Positions 8,101 to 20,100 of a stretch of DNA of 26,240 bases are shown one piece after another (the stretch's first letter is position 1; the number at the start of each line of letters is the position of its first letter). The notes under the pieces are model-generated. The model ran no database searches and had not been told where the DNA came from. It saw nothing but the letters and a program-made list of their open reading frames with translations. The position numbers were made by a program, and so were the translations under genes. This stretch comes from Roseiflexaceae bacterium (GTDB taxonomy: Bacteria; Chloroflexota; Chloroflexia; Chloroflexales; Roseiflexaceae). The stretch is from NCBI GenBank assembly GCA_947462525.1, contig CANHPK010000001.1:1-26240 (forward strand), written 5' to 3'.

Positions 8101-11100
8101 CCTAACGGATCTGCCAGCCAGATTCCTCCATAGGTTTGGACAAGTGCGTAGAGCGGTTTCGTAGCAGTCTTGGTCACATTCGTGATACTGAGAGTGTAGG
8201 ACACACTACTATTTGGCCCGACGACCGGGGCAGTAGTCGCTATCAAACTATTACTTAATCCATCGAGCAATGCACTCCCCGACAAGTCGTTGGATGCGTA
8301 TGCTGCGACGGTCTGACACCACGGGTCTGTGATTAAAACAGCACACAAATTGGTGGTTGCCGAAATGATTGACGAAATTGCATCAGGATCAGCGTTATTC
8401 ACGCTCTCGTAGATTGCCCTGGATGTCGCGCCAATAGGACTGCTCACCAATGAGGCCTGGATTTGTAGAGCATCAGGACTGCGCACGGAAGTTAATGCGC
8501 ACATCCCGTCTGTCAGTGCGGGCCAACTGTATCCGTTCAACAGCGAGGTTATCGTCACTTTTTGGCCATTGACAACCTTTCCTAATGGATTGGTTGTTGG
8601 GAAGCTAGCCCACGGTATGAGTGATTTTTCATTCACCGCGAATGCAAGCATACCAATTGGCGTGGACTTCAGATAGTTGATTTGGCTGAATGGTATCCGT
8701 ACGTCTGTGTACTTGCCTTTTGCTGTATCTTCATAGCGGGCAAGGACCTGCTGATCGGTCTGCGTCCATTCAAGGCCATTCCATCGCTTCAACGTAACGG
8801 TACGGTTGTCTTCTATGTGCAGTACGTAATCTGCACCCTCTACGTTTGTCGTTGAGCGACCCATTTGTGCACGGATACGCGAGGACTGTAATGAATCGAC
8901 ATACGACTTCAATGTCGCTGTGGCCAAGATCGGACGGGCAGCGAAATTAATCGGCAATGCAATAAATGAGTCACCAGACGCTGCACCTTCCGATGCCGTT
9001 TTGATGAATTCGGTCGGGCGATATGATTGCGCTGTCCCACCGGGAACAGTGTCGAGATAGATAAACAGGTCGCCGTCGGTGTCCCAATTTGCTCCCGTCC
9101 AGTTGAGCCTGAGCGCTTGAGCATCCCAGGTCGCAGCAAATGACTGTGGTTTGTCACTCGCGGTGCGGGCGTCTTTGCCGAGCACCGAACAGCCATTGGT
9201 GAGGAAGTTCCGATTCACCGTACCCGTTGTCTCAAAGCGTGTGTAATCCGGGGTCAGAGGGGAGTCAACAAAGTAGGTTGAAAGTGGGGTTGTTTGCTTA
9301 TTCCCATTGACATCGCCGACGGTCATTGCGACAGTGACTTTACTTGCCTCGGTGTTTCGCAGTGGGGTCGACATCCCCGCAGGTATCGTCGAAACACCGG
9401 TCGCGAAGGTTTGCGTATAGGTTGTCGTGTTGGCGATTGTTTCGATCGAGTAGTTCACTCTACTGATGTCTATTTTGGTTGTGTCCGTGATGCTGTCCCA
9501 TCGGACGGTTACCGCTGCTGTTGCAGGATTGGTGAGCGTTGAATCGGTGACAAGCGGAATCTCTGTCCTGTCTCTGTTTGCGGTGACACGAAGCCGGCTG
9601 ATCATCGGAGGCTGTGAATCAATCACAATGGATGCCGTTTGTGTCGTCGATTTGCCGGATTTGTCCCACGCTACGATACGAATCGGGATGACCGACGCAT
9701 GGACGTTCGGGTCTGCGTAGAGGATATTCACGTACCATTTGTTGGCAACTTGCTTTGCCGTGAATGGCATCGGTTCTGATGTATCGCTATTCCACACAGA
9801 CAAACCTGCGACTTGTGTGTCGTCGCTCAACTCTGCAGTAACTACATAGAATTGATTTACATAGTTGATTGCACCTACGGAAGGCGAGGTAATTGTGATG
9901 CGCGGGGCAGTAGTGTCGACGAGATATGCTCGTTCCGTTGAGCTGATAGTTACGTCAGTCCCGGATGTCACCGCAGCACGCAGACCGTGAATTCCACTCA
10001 CTGCGGTAATGGGGAGTGAGAGCGAAACGACATTCCGGTACGGCAACGATGCATCCCACGTCGCTACCACAGCACCGTCGAGGAGAACTTTGACGTTCTT
10101 TACCCCATCCGGCGATTCTGCGTATACTTCGATGTCACGCGTGGTGGTAATTGCCGTCATCGCTGCATTGGTGATTTGTACAAAATTCTGCAACGGCACA
10201 TCCTCACCCAAACGGAGGGGTGGGGTCGGAGAGAAGGTTCCTCTTCTGCAGTTCTGCGCAATGTCACAGGCACCAAACGGGAGACGTTGATCGGTTATCG
10301 CGTAGCTGTACAACGTGGTCGAGACACCGTCGACATCATCAAGGACCAAGACAGCGTATATATTCGATGCAGCAGCATACGGTTTGATGAAATTCGTCAC
10401 CGCATCAGAACGAAGAATCGGGTTCCCCGCACTCATGTCGACCAACGTCATTCGTGTTTCTGTGGGGTCTTCACTATTCCTGCTGAGCAGCAATAATTCC
10501 CCAGCCAATGCCGGCAGAATGTCGTAGACATGATAGGACTTGAATTCGTTCGTTGTTGTAGGAACGGTGTGGACGTATGGGGTATTCTCTATGGCAGCAC
10601 TATTCAGTGTCTGTACACTTGTTACGGGATCTTCAACAATCACCGGCAATGAACGGACAGTGTTTGGCGCATTGCCATCACTCGTAGCGGGGTCTTCGTC
10701 GTCGTCGACAATGATTAGGTTAAAGCCATTGAAATAGACAAAGCTACTGTACCCAGCGGTTCTGTAGGTAAAGGCGTAGGTAATAGTTCCTTCAGCGTCG
10801 ATTTGATACAAGGCAACGCCGTCTTCGCCTTGTGCGAGAGCAAGCGCAAATCCGTTTACCGCCAGCGCGTACGTGTGGTCGCCAGAGAGGGTTGTCATCC
10901 CGACTTGTGTGGGATTCCGATCGCTCGTTACATTGATACTCAATAGATGTTGTTGTGATGCAGAATCGAGCGCGACGATAAACTTACTGGCGCCAACGGT
11001 GGTTATGTGAAGTTCCTGAATCGTTGTCTGAGAACCAACAGACAGCGCGAGAGTACTCAACAACACTGGTGATTTCGGGGTTGTCTCAATGTCATAAATA

Positions 11101-14100
11101 TACAGAGATCTTGCATCACGAGTTTTGACAATTGCATACAATCGGCTTGCAAAATCATCTGTGACCAAAGATTCAACATCTCCGTCCACCGTAATGATAG
11201 GTTGATTTGGATTGGCGGGATCAGCGGGATTAACCAACGTGATACGGTTGCGTCCGCCAAGGTAAAAATCAGTTCTTCCATACGCCAGTGATGTCGTGCG
11301 TGAAACAATCTGGGATTGGCGCTCAATGAGCTCAGGCGCAGGGGAGAGTTCACAGCCGCCGCTCATGCGTGAGGCACTGGTATATGTCCCATCCAAGAAG
11401 CTCATGGCCGTCCGTGCCCACAGTGACGGTGCAGCTGCGGTGTCGATTGTGAGTGCCGAACCACACGGAGATTTGAGCGTTCGCGTATCAAGATTATTGT
11501 CTGCAACAGAGACGGTGAAGACGTTTGCAGACAACGCGTCAGAGACACGAGGAGCAAGCGTATCAATCGAACCACTCCAGAGATTATGTTCACCGGATGA
11601 TTGCTGATTATTACCGGACAAGTCCGTTGTCGTACTTTGGAGAGAGACCACAGATTCCAATTGGGCAGGTATAGTCCTCGACCACTTATACCCATCTGTC
11701 CGTGGGTTCGCCCTATCGAGCGTGCTGGTTGTCCAGGTCGTGACACCCAAATGGACCAGGTCGTCATTGGTCAGCGCGCGTCGGTAGATACGCAAATCGT
11801 CGAGTACCCCAACAAAATCCGTCCCTACCGTGAGGGTAGGCTTTTGGATAATCTGTATCTCACTCACCGCAAAATGTGCTCTTCCAGCGCCCACTACTGC
11901 GATGGTGACATAGCGTGCAGTGATACCTGCAGGAACAGGTATCGCTTTGTGATCTATCACATACCCTGGGACTGCATATATCCATTTGGCATTCGCGCGC
12001 AGTGAGGCAACCCGATAATCCGCAGGTCGGACGTCCGACAGATAGACGTTCATATCTCTGGACCAAATTTGGCCCAATCCCTGTGTAGCATGGACGACCA
12101 ACGCATCAATTGGTTTACTCGAACCGAGATCGTTGGTCCAGCCCGATACACAGGTCGTGCCGAATCCGCAATCCACTGTTTGGGGAACGACCGCTGTCGA
12201 TAGATCATTGTCGCTCAGTAACGATGTCGTTACTCCATTGAATGTAGCAGTCCCGCTCGGTGCGATATTTTTCAGAGCATTGCTTGGGTATGGATTCGCT
12301 CCCGCCAGCATACTCCCCGTGGCTACGGTGGATCCGTTGACGTAGATCTTGAGGGTAGTGCCATCGCTCGAAACCGCCAAATGGAATCTGCCAGTCGGTT
12401 GCGAGCTCGCAGTCAGCGTTGTCCCTGCCAGCGTCACCGTGGGTCTTCCATTGCTGAGTCCGACAGAATAGGTATACGTATCAAACATCCCACGCAGAAT
12501 TGTTTGCGTCGCACCGACCGTTTTGGGTTCAACCCAGACTGACGTACTCCAAGGCTGGTCGTATGCCGCAAACAAACGGGCATTGTCATCGCGCGTAATG
12601 AGCTTGTCATTGCCATCAAACGCCAGCGCCGATTGGCCAACAATACCCGGTACTGATGTGAGCTTTGCATCACCGCTCAGTAGCGATTGTTCATTGTTGA
12701 ACGGTGAAGTATCGTTCAACACAAATCCAGGTGATACCGTCGCTTCGTCGAACGTTTCATGCAAGACGGTACTGTACCCGTATGCAAAGTCACGGAGCTG
12801 TGGAGCACTGAGAATCTGTGGAAAGATAGCCACGTCATCGAGATACACCCCTACCGCAGCGGTGGTGACCACCGTTCTCCCTGGATAGAGGAGCGCATTC
12901 GTGAGTGTCCCAAATCCGAGTTTTGCGCCGACAATGTTGCCTGCGATCGTTTTGCTAAAGGCAACCCGGTCATCGATGATGACGCGAACGTTATTTGTCG
13001 TACCGCTGCCCGCAAGCTGCAATCCAATCACATGCCATTGCGCGTCGTCGAGCGGGATGAAACTTTCGGCCGGAGTAATCAGCAACGGCGCACAGGTTGG
13101 GCTACAGTTGTCCATTGCAGTCAGCGTAATTCCCTGTCGTACCGCATCATAATGCACGAACAGCGCGTTAGACGTACTGGTGAGCGGTGCTTGGAGTGAC
13201 GCAATCAGACCAGAGGTCGTACCTTGCGGGATTTTCACACGGAATAGGATGGTATTAGACAGTGTACCGGTGCTGGTAAGTTCGTTCCCCGATTGCAACC
13301 CGTCCGTTGCGCTGTCAAAGAGGATTGCGTTGGTCGCGAAGCCAGGAGTTATCGATGGGCAGGTCCATGGTTCTGCAGTAAATCCACCGATACAGCGGTT
13401 GCTTTTCACCCCGTTTATCGCGTCAACAAATGGCAGTTCGTTCTGGTTCATCGGGGCATAGTAGGTTGCTTGTGTGCCCAGTGTGTCGGTGCCGAGCATG
13501 CCATCATCTGCCAGGTCGAGGCGGGTACTATGCGTACTGACAGCACTACCCGTTGCGAGCTCTTTACCGAGCAAATCAGCTGGCAACAGTTTGTCACGCG
13601 AGAAGATGACATCATCAATGTATCCATGGAAGTAGTCTTCACGCGTGTCGTTGATAGGGTCGGATTGTGTCGCTCCGAGAATCACATGTGCACTTGTGGA
13701 ACGCACCGGACCAGCAGGAATCGTCAGAGTGGTCGTCGTCATACTCGCGGGGGTTTCACCGACGCTCAAGACCATCTGATTATCGAACTCTCGGTAAATG
13801 AGGTAATTCCAATTTGCGCTGAAAATCGGACTCGTGATGGTTTTGCCCGCACGTGTCGCAGTAACAGTTAACCCACTGACACTTTTGTTGACACGCAGTC
13901 GGAATCGGGCATCGGTACTCTTGCCCATGCTGGCAATTGTTCCCGCATCTGAAGCCTTGATACGCGCCGAAAAGCTGAATGAACCACCCAGCACCGACTC
14001 TAAATTATGTGCCGTAATTGATTGATTCACACCTTCGATGTTGAAACGTGCAACACGCTTTGTCGTATCGACGGTATCTGCAGTGACAGCCGGGCAGGTA

Positions 14101-17100
14101 TCACACTCCGTGAAATAGCGATTCACTGCACGGTTATCAAATGTCGTTGACCCGTCGGGTGACTCGAAATCGAGACGGAGTGCCATGCTTTTCTGCAAGT
14201 GTGGTCTGCCATCATTGAAGTCCGACACGTAGCCAGTGAATGAGCCGGAACCTAATGTCGGTTGCTCCCTGGCGTACGGCGAAGGACTGACAATGGTGTC
14301 GTGCGGCGCACTATCGTCGACCTGCACAGGCGCCCCAATACCTGCCAGGACAAGCTCTGACGATGGGTTGCCGACACTATCCGTCGCTACTGCAGTGACT
14401 TGATAAAACCCTGTTGGATTCGTAAACGGCAACGGAATATCAGCAACCCAGATGGAACCAGATTGTTTTCTTGCAGTGACACCACTCGCGGTGAGCAACC
14501 GATTAGCAAAATCTTTGACAAATACCGTCACCGAGGCCACACCACTGCCCGGACTACTGTTTGCGTTCACCAGCAACGGATCATTCACGGTGAGGGCAAG
14601 GTGCAGCACACGATTCGCGGTCAGTGTGTCGACGCTGGTTGTATACGGTGACGTATTGTTGAGGGAGGCGATTGGTGGAGTGGTATCGACCAACAACGTC
14701 TGCTCACTAAAGCCGCGATTATCGACTGCATCGTATGCATCGACACGCACACGATACTTGCCTTCGACCGGCACGCTCGGGCGTTGGTCGACCTGGAACA
14801 TAGGGCATACATGGCTACCTGCTGCAGTTTCGGCGCATTGCGGTGCAGATGCGGTGCTTTGTACGGCTACGCCAGCATTGTTGGTCGTCCCATAAGTAAT
14901 GCGCGAAAGTGAGGACGTTGCATCAGATGTTGCTGCGACGAACTGAACGGGAACCCGTGATACATACGGTGGCAACGTTATCTGTACGACCGGTAAATCT
15001 GCATCGACGGTGAGTTTGGCTGATTGCAGCAAGGTGACTGCACGAGAATTGAGGGCTAATGCGTTGTTTGCAATCGTTTTGAGCGGGATTGCACCATCCG
15101 TAATCGAGATCTTATCGATGGAACCGCGGAATGGCTCTATCAATGCTCCTGCTGCATTCACCGACGCACCGACGTATAGTCGCGCCGCCACATTTCCTGG
15201 TATCGTCACGCCGCTGGATGTGGAATTGATATCCAATACACCATTGATATACAACTTGAACCCAGCTGGACCCATAGTCACCACGACATGATTCCATGCG
15301 AGCGGCAATGTGGCACTACTTCTTACACTGTCCCGGCTAACCCCGTTGAGTATAGTTGCAAAGAGTTTTCCTTCTACTAATATCACCTCGAATGATTTCG
15401 AGGCCAGTGTCCCGTAGCTTAGTATTGTTTGCCTTCCAGTTGCATTGTCTGGTTTCACCAAAAATTCGATACTACGTGTATTGCTGGGCGACGAAAATGA
15501 CAGGATATTCTCAAGGCTGTTGGTCGTCGCCAACAGCGTCGAACTGCCATTAAACGACGTGGCGATCCCCTCTTGACCGACGACATTTGCGACGGGGCAC
15601 TCCACACCCGTGATGCTCAATCCGACGCATGTCGCAGAAAATTGATACCGTGAGAATCCCGGCCGGACAACGTTTTCCGTCGGCAGGGCAACGCTCGTCA
15701 GCGGTATGGTTTTGGTAATGCCTGAGGTTGTATCGAGCTTGTTGCTGGTAATCACCCCATTATTTTCGAAATTTAACTCCCAGGTTGGAGCACGATCAAC
15801 CAGTGCGGAGGTGGTCTCGCGGGGCGACTCACGAATAATCAGATTATCGAGATCACCGACGTAGCCTTTGCCGATGATGGGATCTCTGCCCGTCATATTG
15901 CTGGAACTCAGAGAATATGTTGCACCTAATGATGTAGTCTGATCATTTACCTTCAATACCTGCGTGTTGCCATCAACAGACAATTCAATATGCGACCATT
16001 GATTCAATGGGAGCGGGATACTGGAGCGTATGGGATTAGTTTGGATTCCAGAAGAAGAATCAGACCAATTCCAGATATTAAATTTGTTAGTGTAGATTTT
16101 CCTGAAAGTGACATAGCCATTTTCATCAATACCCAGATACAGCTGGTTATCCGCATTGTTTTCGCCGATGAGTGCTGCATTGTATTGTTGCGGTTTGACC
16201 CACATACTCAACGCGAACGTTTTGCCGCGATTATTTTCAGAGGGAAAAAAATACGACATGTAATCTCTGACACCCGTGAAGCTCAACGGTGAGTTCCCAA
16301 TGAAGCGGATCGCCGTGTCAAACTGCCCGGGCACGCCGCTTTCGGGGCAGAGGGTGACACAATTGAGCGACAAACCGGTGGTGATGACATCGGTGAATCT
16401 AGTTGATCCGGGGAAGTCATCGAATGGAATCTGCAGGGTATGTGCTGGCGTATCGCTGACGACTTTGATTTGGGCAGCGGACAGTGCCGAGGCATGAATC
16501 TCAAAATCACGGAGTTTGCCGTTGAAGTAATTCATCGATGATGCCGTCGACAAGGTGCTCGTGCCAGATAGGTACATTCGAGAATCCATCGAACCGATGG
16601 TCATTTGACCAACATCCGAAACACTTGCCCCGTTTGCGTCACTCGTAGCAAGAATTCCATTGATATAAATCTGCCGTGACTGCCCATTCCGAACAAACGC
16701 GGCATGTACCCATTCTCCACTTGGTATTGGGGTTTCTAATCTTCCGCCTGTGCCACTCCACATGAAAATTTTGCCTTGAATAATCCCAAAGCGCATATAT
16801 TGACTGCCTGACGCTTTCACTACATGATTGGACAGAAGCATGCTCAATTGAGAGCCATCACTATAGGTGCCATCCCACTTCAACCACGTCATAAATGTGT
16901 AATTATTGCTCCCCGAAAAAATATTCTGTGAAAGCGTGGTTGAGAGGCGCTGTGCATGCGCACTAAACTGTGTGCCGCCAGCCGATACGGGTGGACATCC
17001 GCCCGTGTCCTGACACGAGATCACGGCACCATTGATATTTACTTCACCGATTTGTAGCCATTGCGAGCTGTCATTGGCCAACACAATACGTACATATCGT

Positions 17101-20100
17101 GCGGTAGTCCCTAATGGAAACGATACCTCAGGCGCATAATACGTTGAACTTGCGCACGTACTTGCGGTGGAATTGCAGTCCAACCACTTCCATACTTTGG
17201 CATTGCTTTTGTACCAGGCCGCAGTACAGCCAGCTGCCGGGCAGGCAGGGAAAGGGGTATCACGCAGAACCACCATTGCACCTGCGTAGCGGTTCAGCCA
17301 GCCATCAGCACGCTTAAATACGTCTACTGATGCTACTTCTTTACTTTGCTTGAGATCGAGATCGAGGTACGGATTAAAGTCATAATTTGTGATTGCGGTT
17401 GTCGCTAGATTCCCGTCAATGGCAGATGCGGGTTGGTAAACACTCATATTCCCATAAATACTCGATTGCGTCACCGTCATATTGCTGCGATAGCTGACAT
17501 TGGTGCTCGGGGTTGTTCCTGCAAACGGGAGGCAGACAGCAATCGAAATATAACTGCAACCGGTGTTGTATTTGGTCGTTATTGGTTCTATGACGGTAGA
17601 CCGTGCATCGATGATATGGGTCAACGAGTCCGATACTGGGGCTTGATTCATCGCCCCTTCCAATGTGTTGTAGAAATTGCTCCGTGCTATCGCATCGAGC
17701 GTCTGATCGTCTATCGCAGTTCGATACATGCGGATGTTGTCGATTGCGCCCAGCGCGGCACCGACGCTCAGCGGTTCTTGTGCGGCTTTCACTGCGCGGC
17801 TGGTGACGGTGTTTTCTTGGATGCTCAATGTGCCTGCGTTGTCGTTGTATACCCGCAACGAGAGTTTTTCGCCTCTTTGGCGGATTGCAATCGTCGACCA
17901 CGTATCTGCACTCATTGCACCCGCACTGACCGTTCGAGAACCAACCGTCACGGTGGGTGTGCCGTTCAGAACACTCAGCGTGATTTTTTCACCACTTCCT
18001 ACCGCTGTCCCAGTAGAGAACAGCGTAGTCGACGTGACGCTCGGGACGCGCAGATGTACCGACAGACTAAAGTCATGGTCGGTAATCAGGGCAGCATAGC
18101 CGTTTTGCAACGTGGGTACCGTCGTGCTGGCTTGCAGCGCAGTTGTCCCCACGGCACTGCAGAGACTGCAGAGCAAAAAGGTTGGTTGACTCATACTCCC
18201 AAAGACTGAGCGATCTGTCTTCATTTGGGTTGTATTCCCCGACATGGGGAGACAGACAATCAGCAATGGATCGTCACAGCCTGCGGACAACACCGTGATT
18301 TGTTGGTCAGACAATGACTGCGCATAGATTTGAATGTCCCGGATGTTACTGCGTGCATAGACAGACGGAGCGCCTGATCCTACTTTGAGTGCAGCGAATC
18401 CTGTGCTCGATGGCACTATCTGCTGGGCATCTTGACCCTGCGATACGCCGTTTACCCATATACTCCGAATGTTGTTTTTCTGGCGGAAAACGAGGTGGTA
18501 CCATTGATTCAAATTGAGTGGGGAAGATCCCGTCAATACTTGCGAACCAATCTTGAATTGTGGGTACTCATTCGCAAGCCCAATTTGAAGTACAGTCCCA
18601 TACAGCAATGGTCGATAGGTGGTAGCCTGGCCATTCGGTTTGACCCACAATGCGACCGTAAAATCACCACTCGAAATCGCATTCCCAACACTGGCGCTTG
18701 TCACAAGCGAATTGTTCGTATCAAAATTCCATCCATGAGTAGCGTCATAGAGTGGGCATATTGACCCACAGCGTAGATCACTACTGAGCGAAGAAACGTC
18801 TGCAAACGAGACATTTGTCGTGGTAGCGCCGGTTGTAGAGCGTTCGTCTAATCGCGCACAGAAGACATTCTTTGCAAACACACAGGTATTTTTGTACAAC
18901 ATCGTCCCGGTTGTCTGGCTCGCACGACCGGGCACTTCAAAGATATTACCGACGGTGGTCGTGCCACTTGCGTTGAGCGCAACAGCGTTGCGGATTGGGT
19001 CAGGGAGAGCGGTGTTTTCACTGGCAAAAAATGATGACACCGTTCCTTGTACCGTGCGGGCAAGGAGCTTATTTGTTAGTTTCGCCTGTGTGATGACACG
19101 ATCACCCGGTCGGACTATCAAGTCATTTGATGAAACAAACTCACCATTCGCTGCAGTAGCCATTTCTTTGGCGGTTAGTGCACTACGATAGAATGCAACG
19201 TTATCCATTGCACCAACCCAATAATTCTGCGGCAACGTCCAACCATTTGTCCCTCCGACAGAGAGAGTAGAACCAGCAGTGGGAGCCCTCAGTTTCCCCT
19301 GCATGGGAGCACTACTGACTTCAACACCGTTCTGATAAAATACAACTTTCGACCCGTCGTACGTTACACCAATTCGTTCCCAACTATTAACAGGCAAATT
19401 TATCCCACTCGAGAAACCAAAAAAGTATGGCGAGCTGTCTTTGTAGAGTTCTAGAACGAGGGATCTCCCACTTTTACTGAGCCGAAATTGATTGCGTAGT
19501 TCTGCTATAACACTCCCTGTACCTAAACTTTCATCAGCTTTCGTTGATTTGAGTGCCGCCACTATCGAGAAGCCCGATGAAAAAGCATCATCTGTCGCCG
19601 AAACGTACGTGAGCGATTGTCCAGAAGCAAATTGCATCACGGAGTTCGGCTTGCTGGGGGCAGGAATGCCAGTTAGTGCCTCGGTGAAAATCGTCGGACA
19701 GGAGGTACAGCGAAAACCCAATCCACCGATCATCGTTTGCACCGAATCAGCATTGTTGGCACGTTCGTTGGTGATTGCAGTCATGGGTGTCAAGGCTTCA
19801 CTCAGACTGCCTTCGGCGGTGACGATGTCGCCGCTGTTTTTTGCGTAGGGACTCCATCCCAAGACACGCTCACGCAAATCGGTGACGCCGTCCTGATCAC
19901 GGTCTGCACTGCGCGGATCAGATCCTACCCAGGTGGTGTATGTGTTGCCGCCAACCGGCATCGCATAGGTCACCTCCCAGCCACCCACGCGTACGCCGTT
20001 GGGAGAGGCGAACGTCTTAACCACACGGACAATTTCTTCGCCATCGAGCAATCCATCGCCGTCGCTGTCGGCGCGGAGGGGATCAGTTTGGTACGCAATC

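Larger units (their letters stand above)
11760..19640 (-). repeat. Array of about nine LamG/concanavalin-A-like domains, with interspersed Ig-like and F5/8-FTP-like domains
   Basis: Nine occurrences of the F(T/S)xxxWVKP..WxHxxxxxDG..YxNG..GxxDxxxIYxxAL pattern or its degenerate forms, starting near 19640, 18870, 18265, 17550, 16445, 15790, 14190, 13470 and 12770. Two Ig-like units (YRVRVDAYDAVDNRG..VDTTPP and YQVTAVATDSVGN..VDDSAP) lie at about 14310-15010. Confidence 0.8.
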
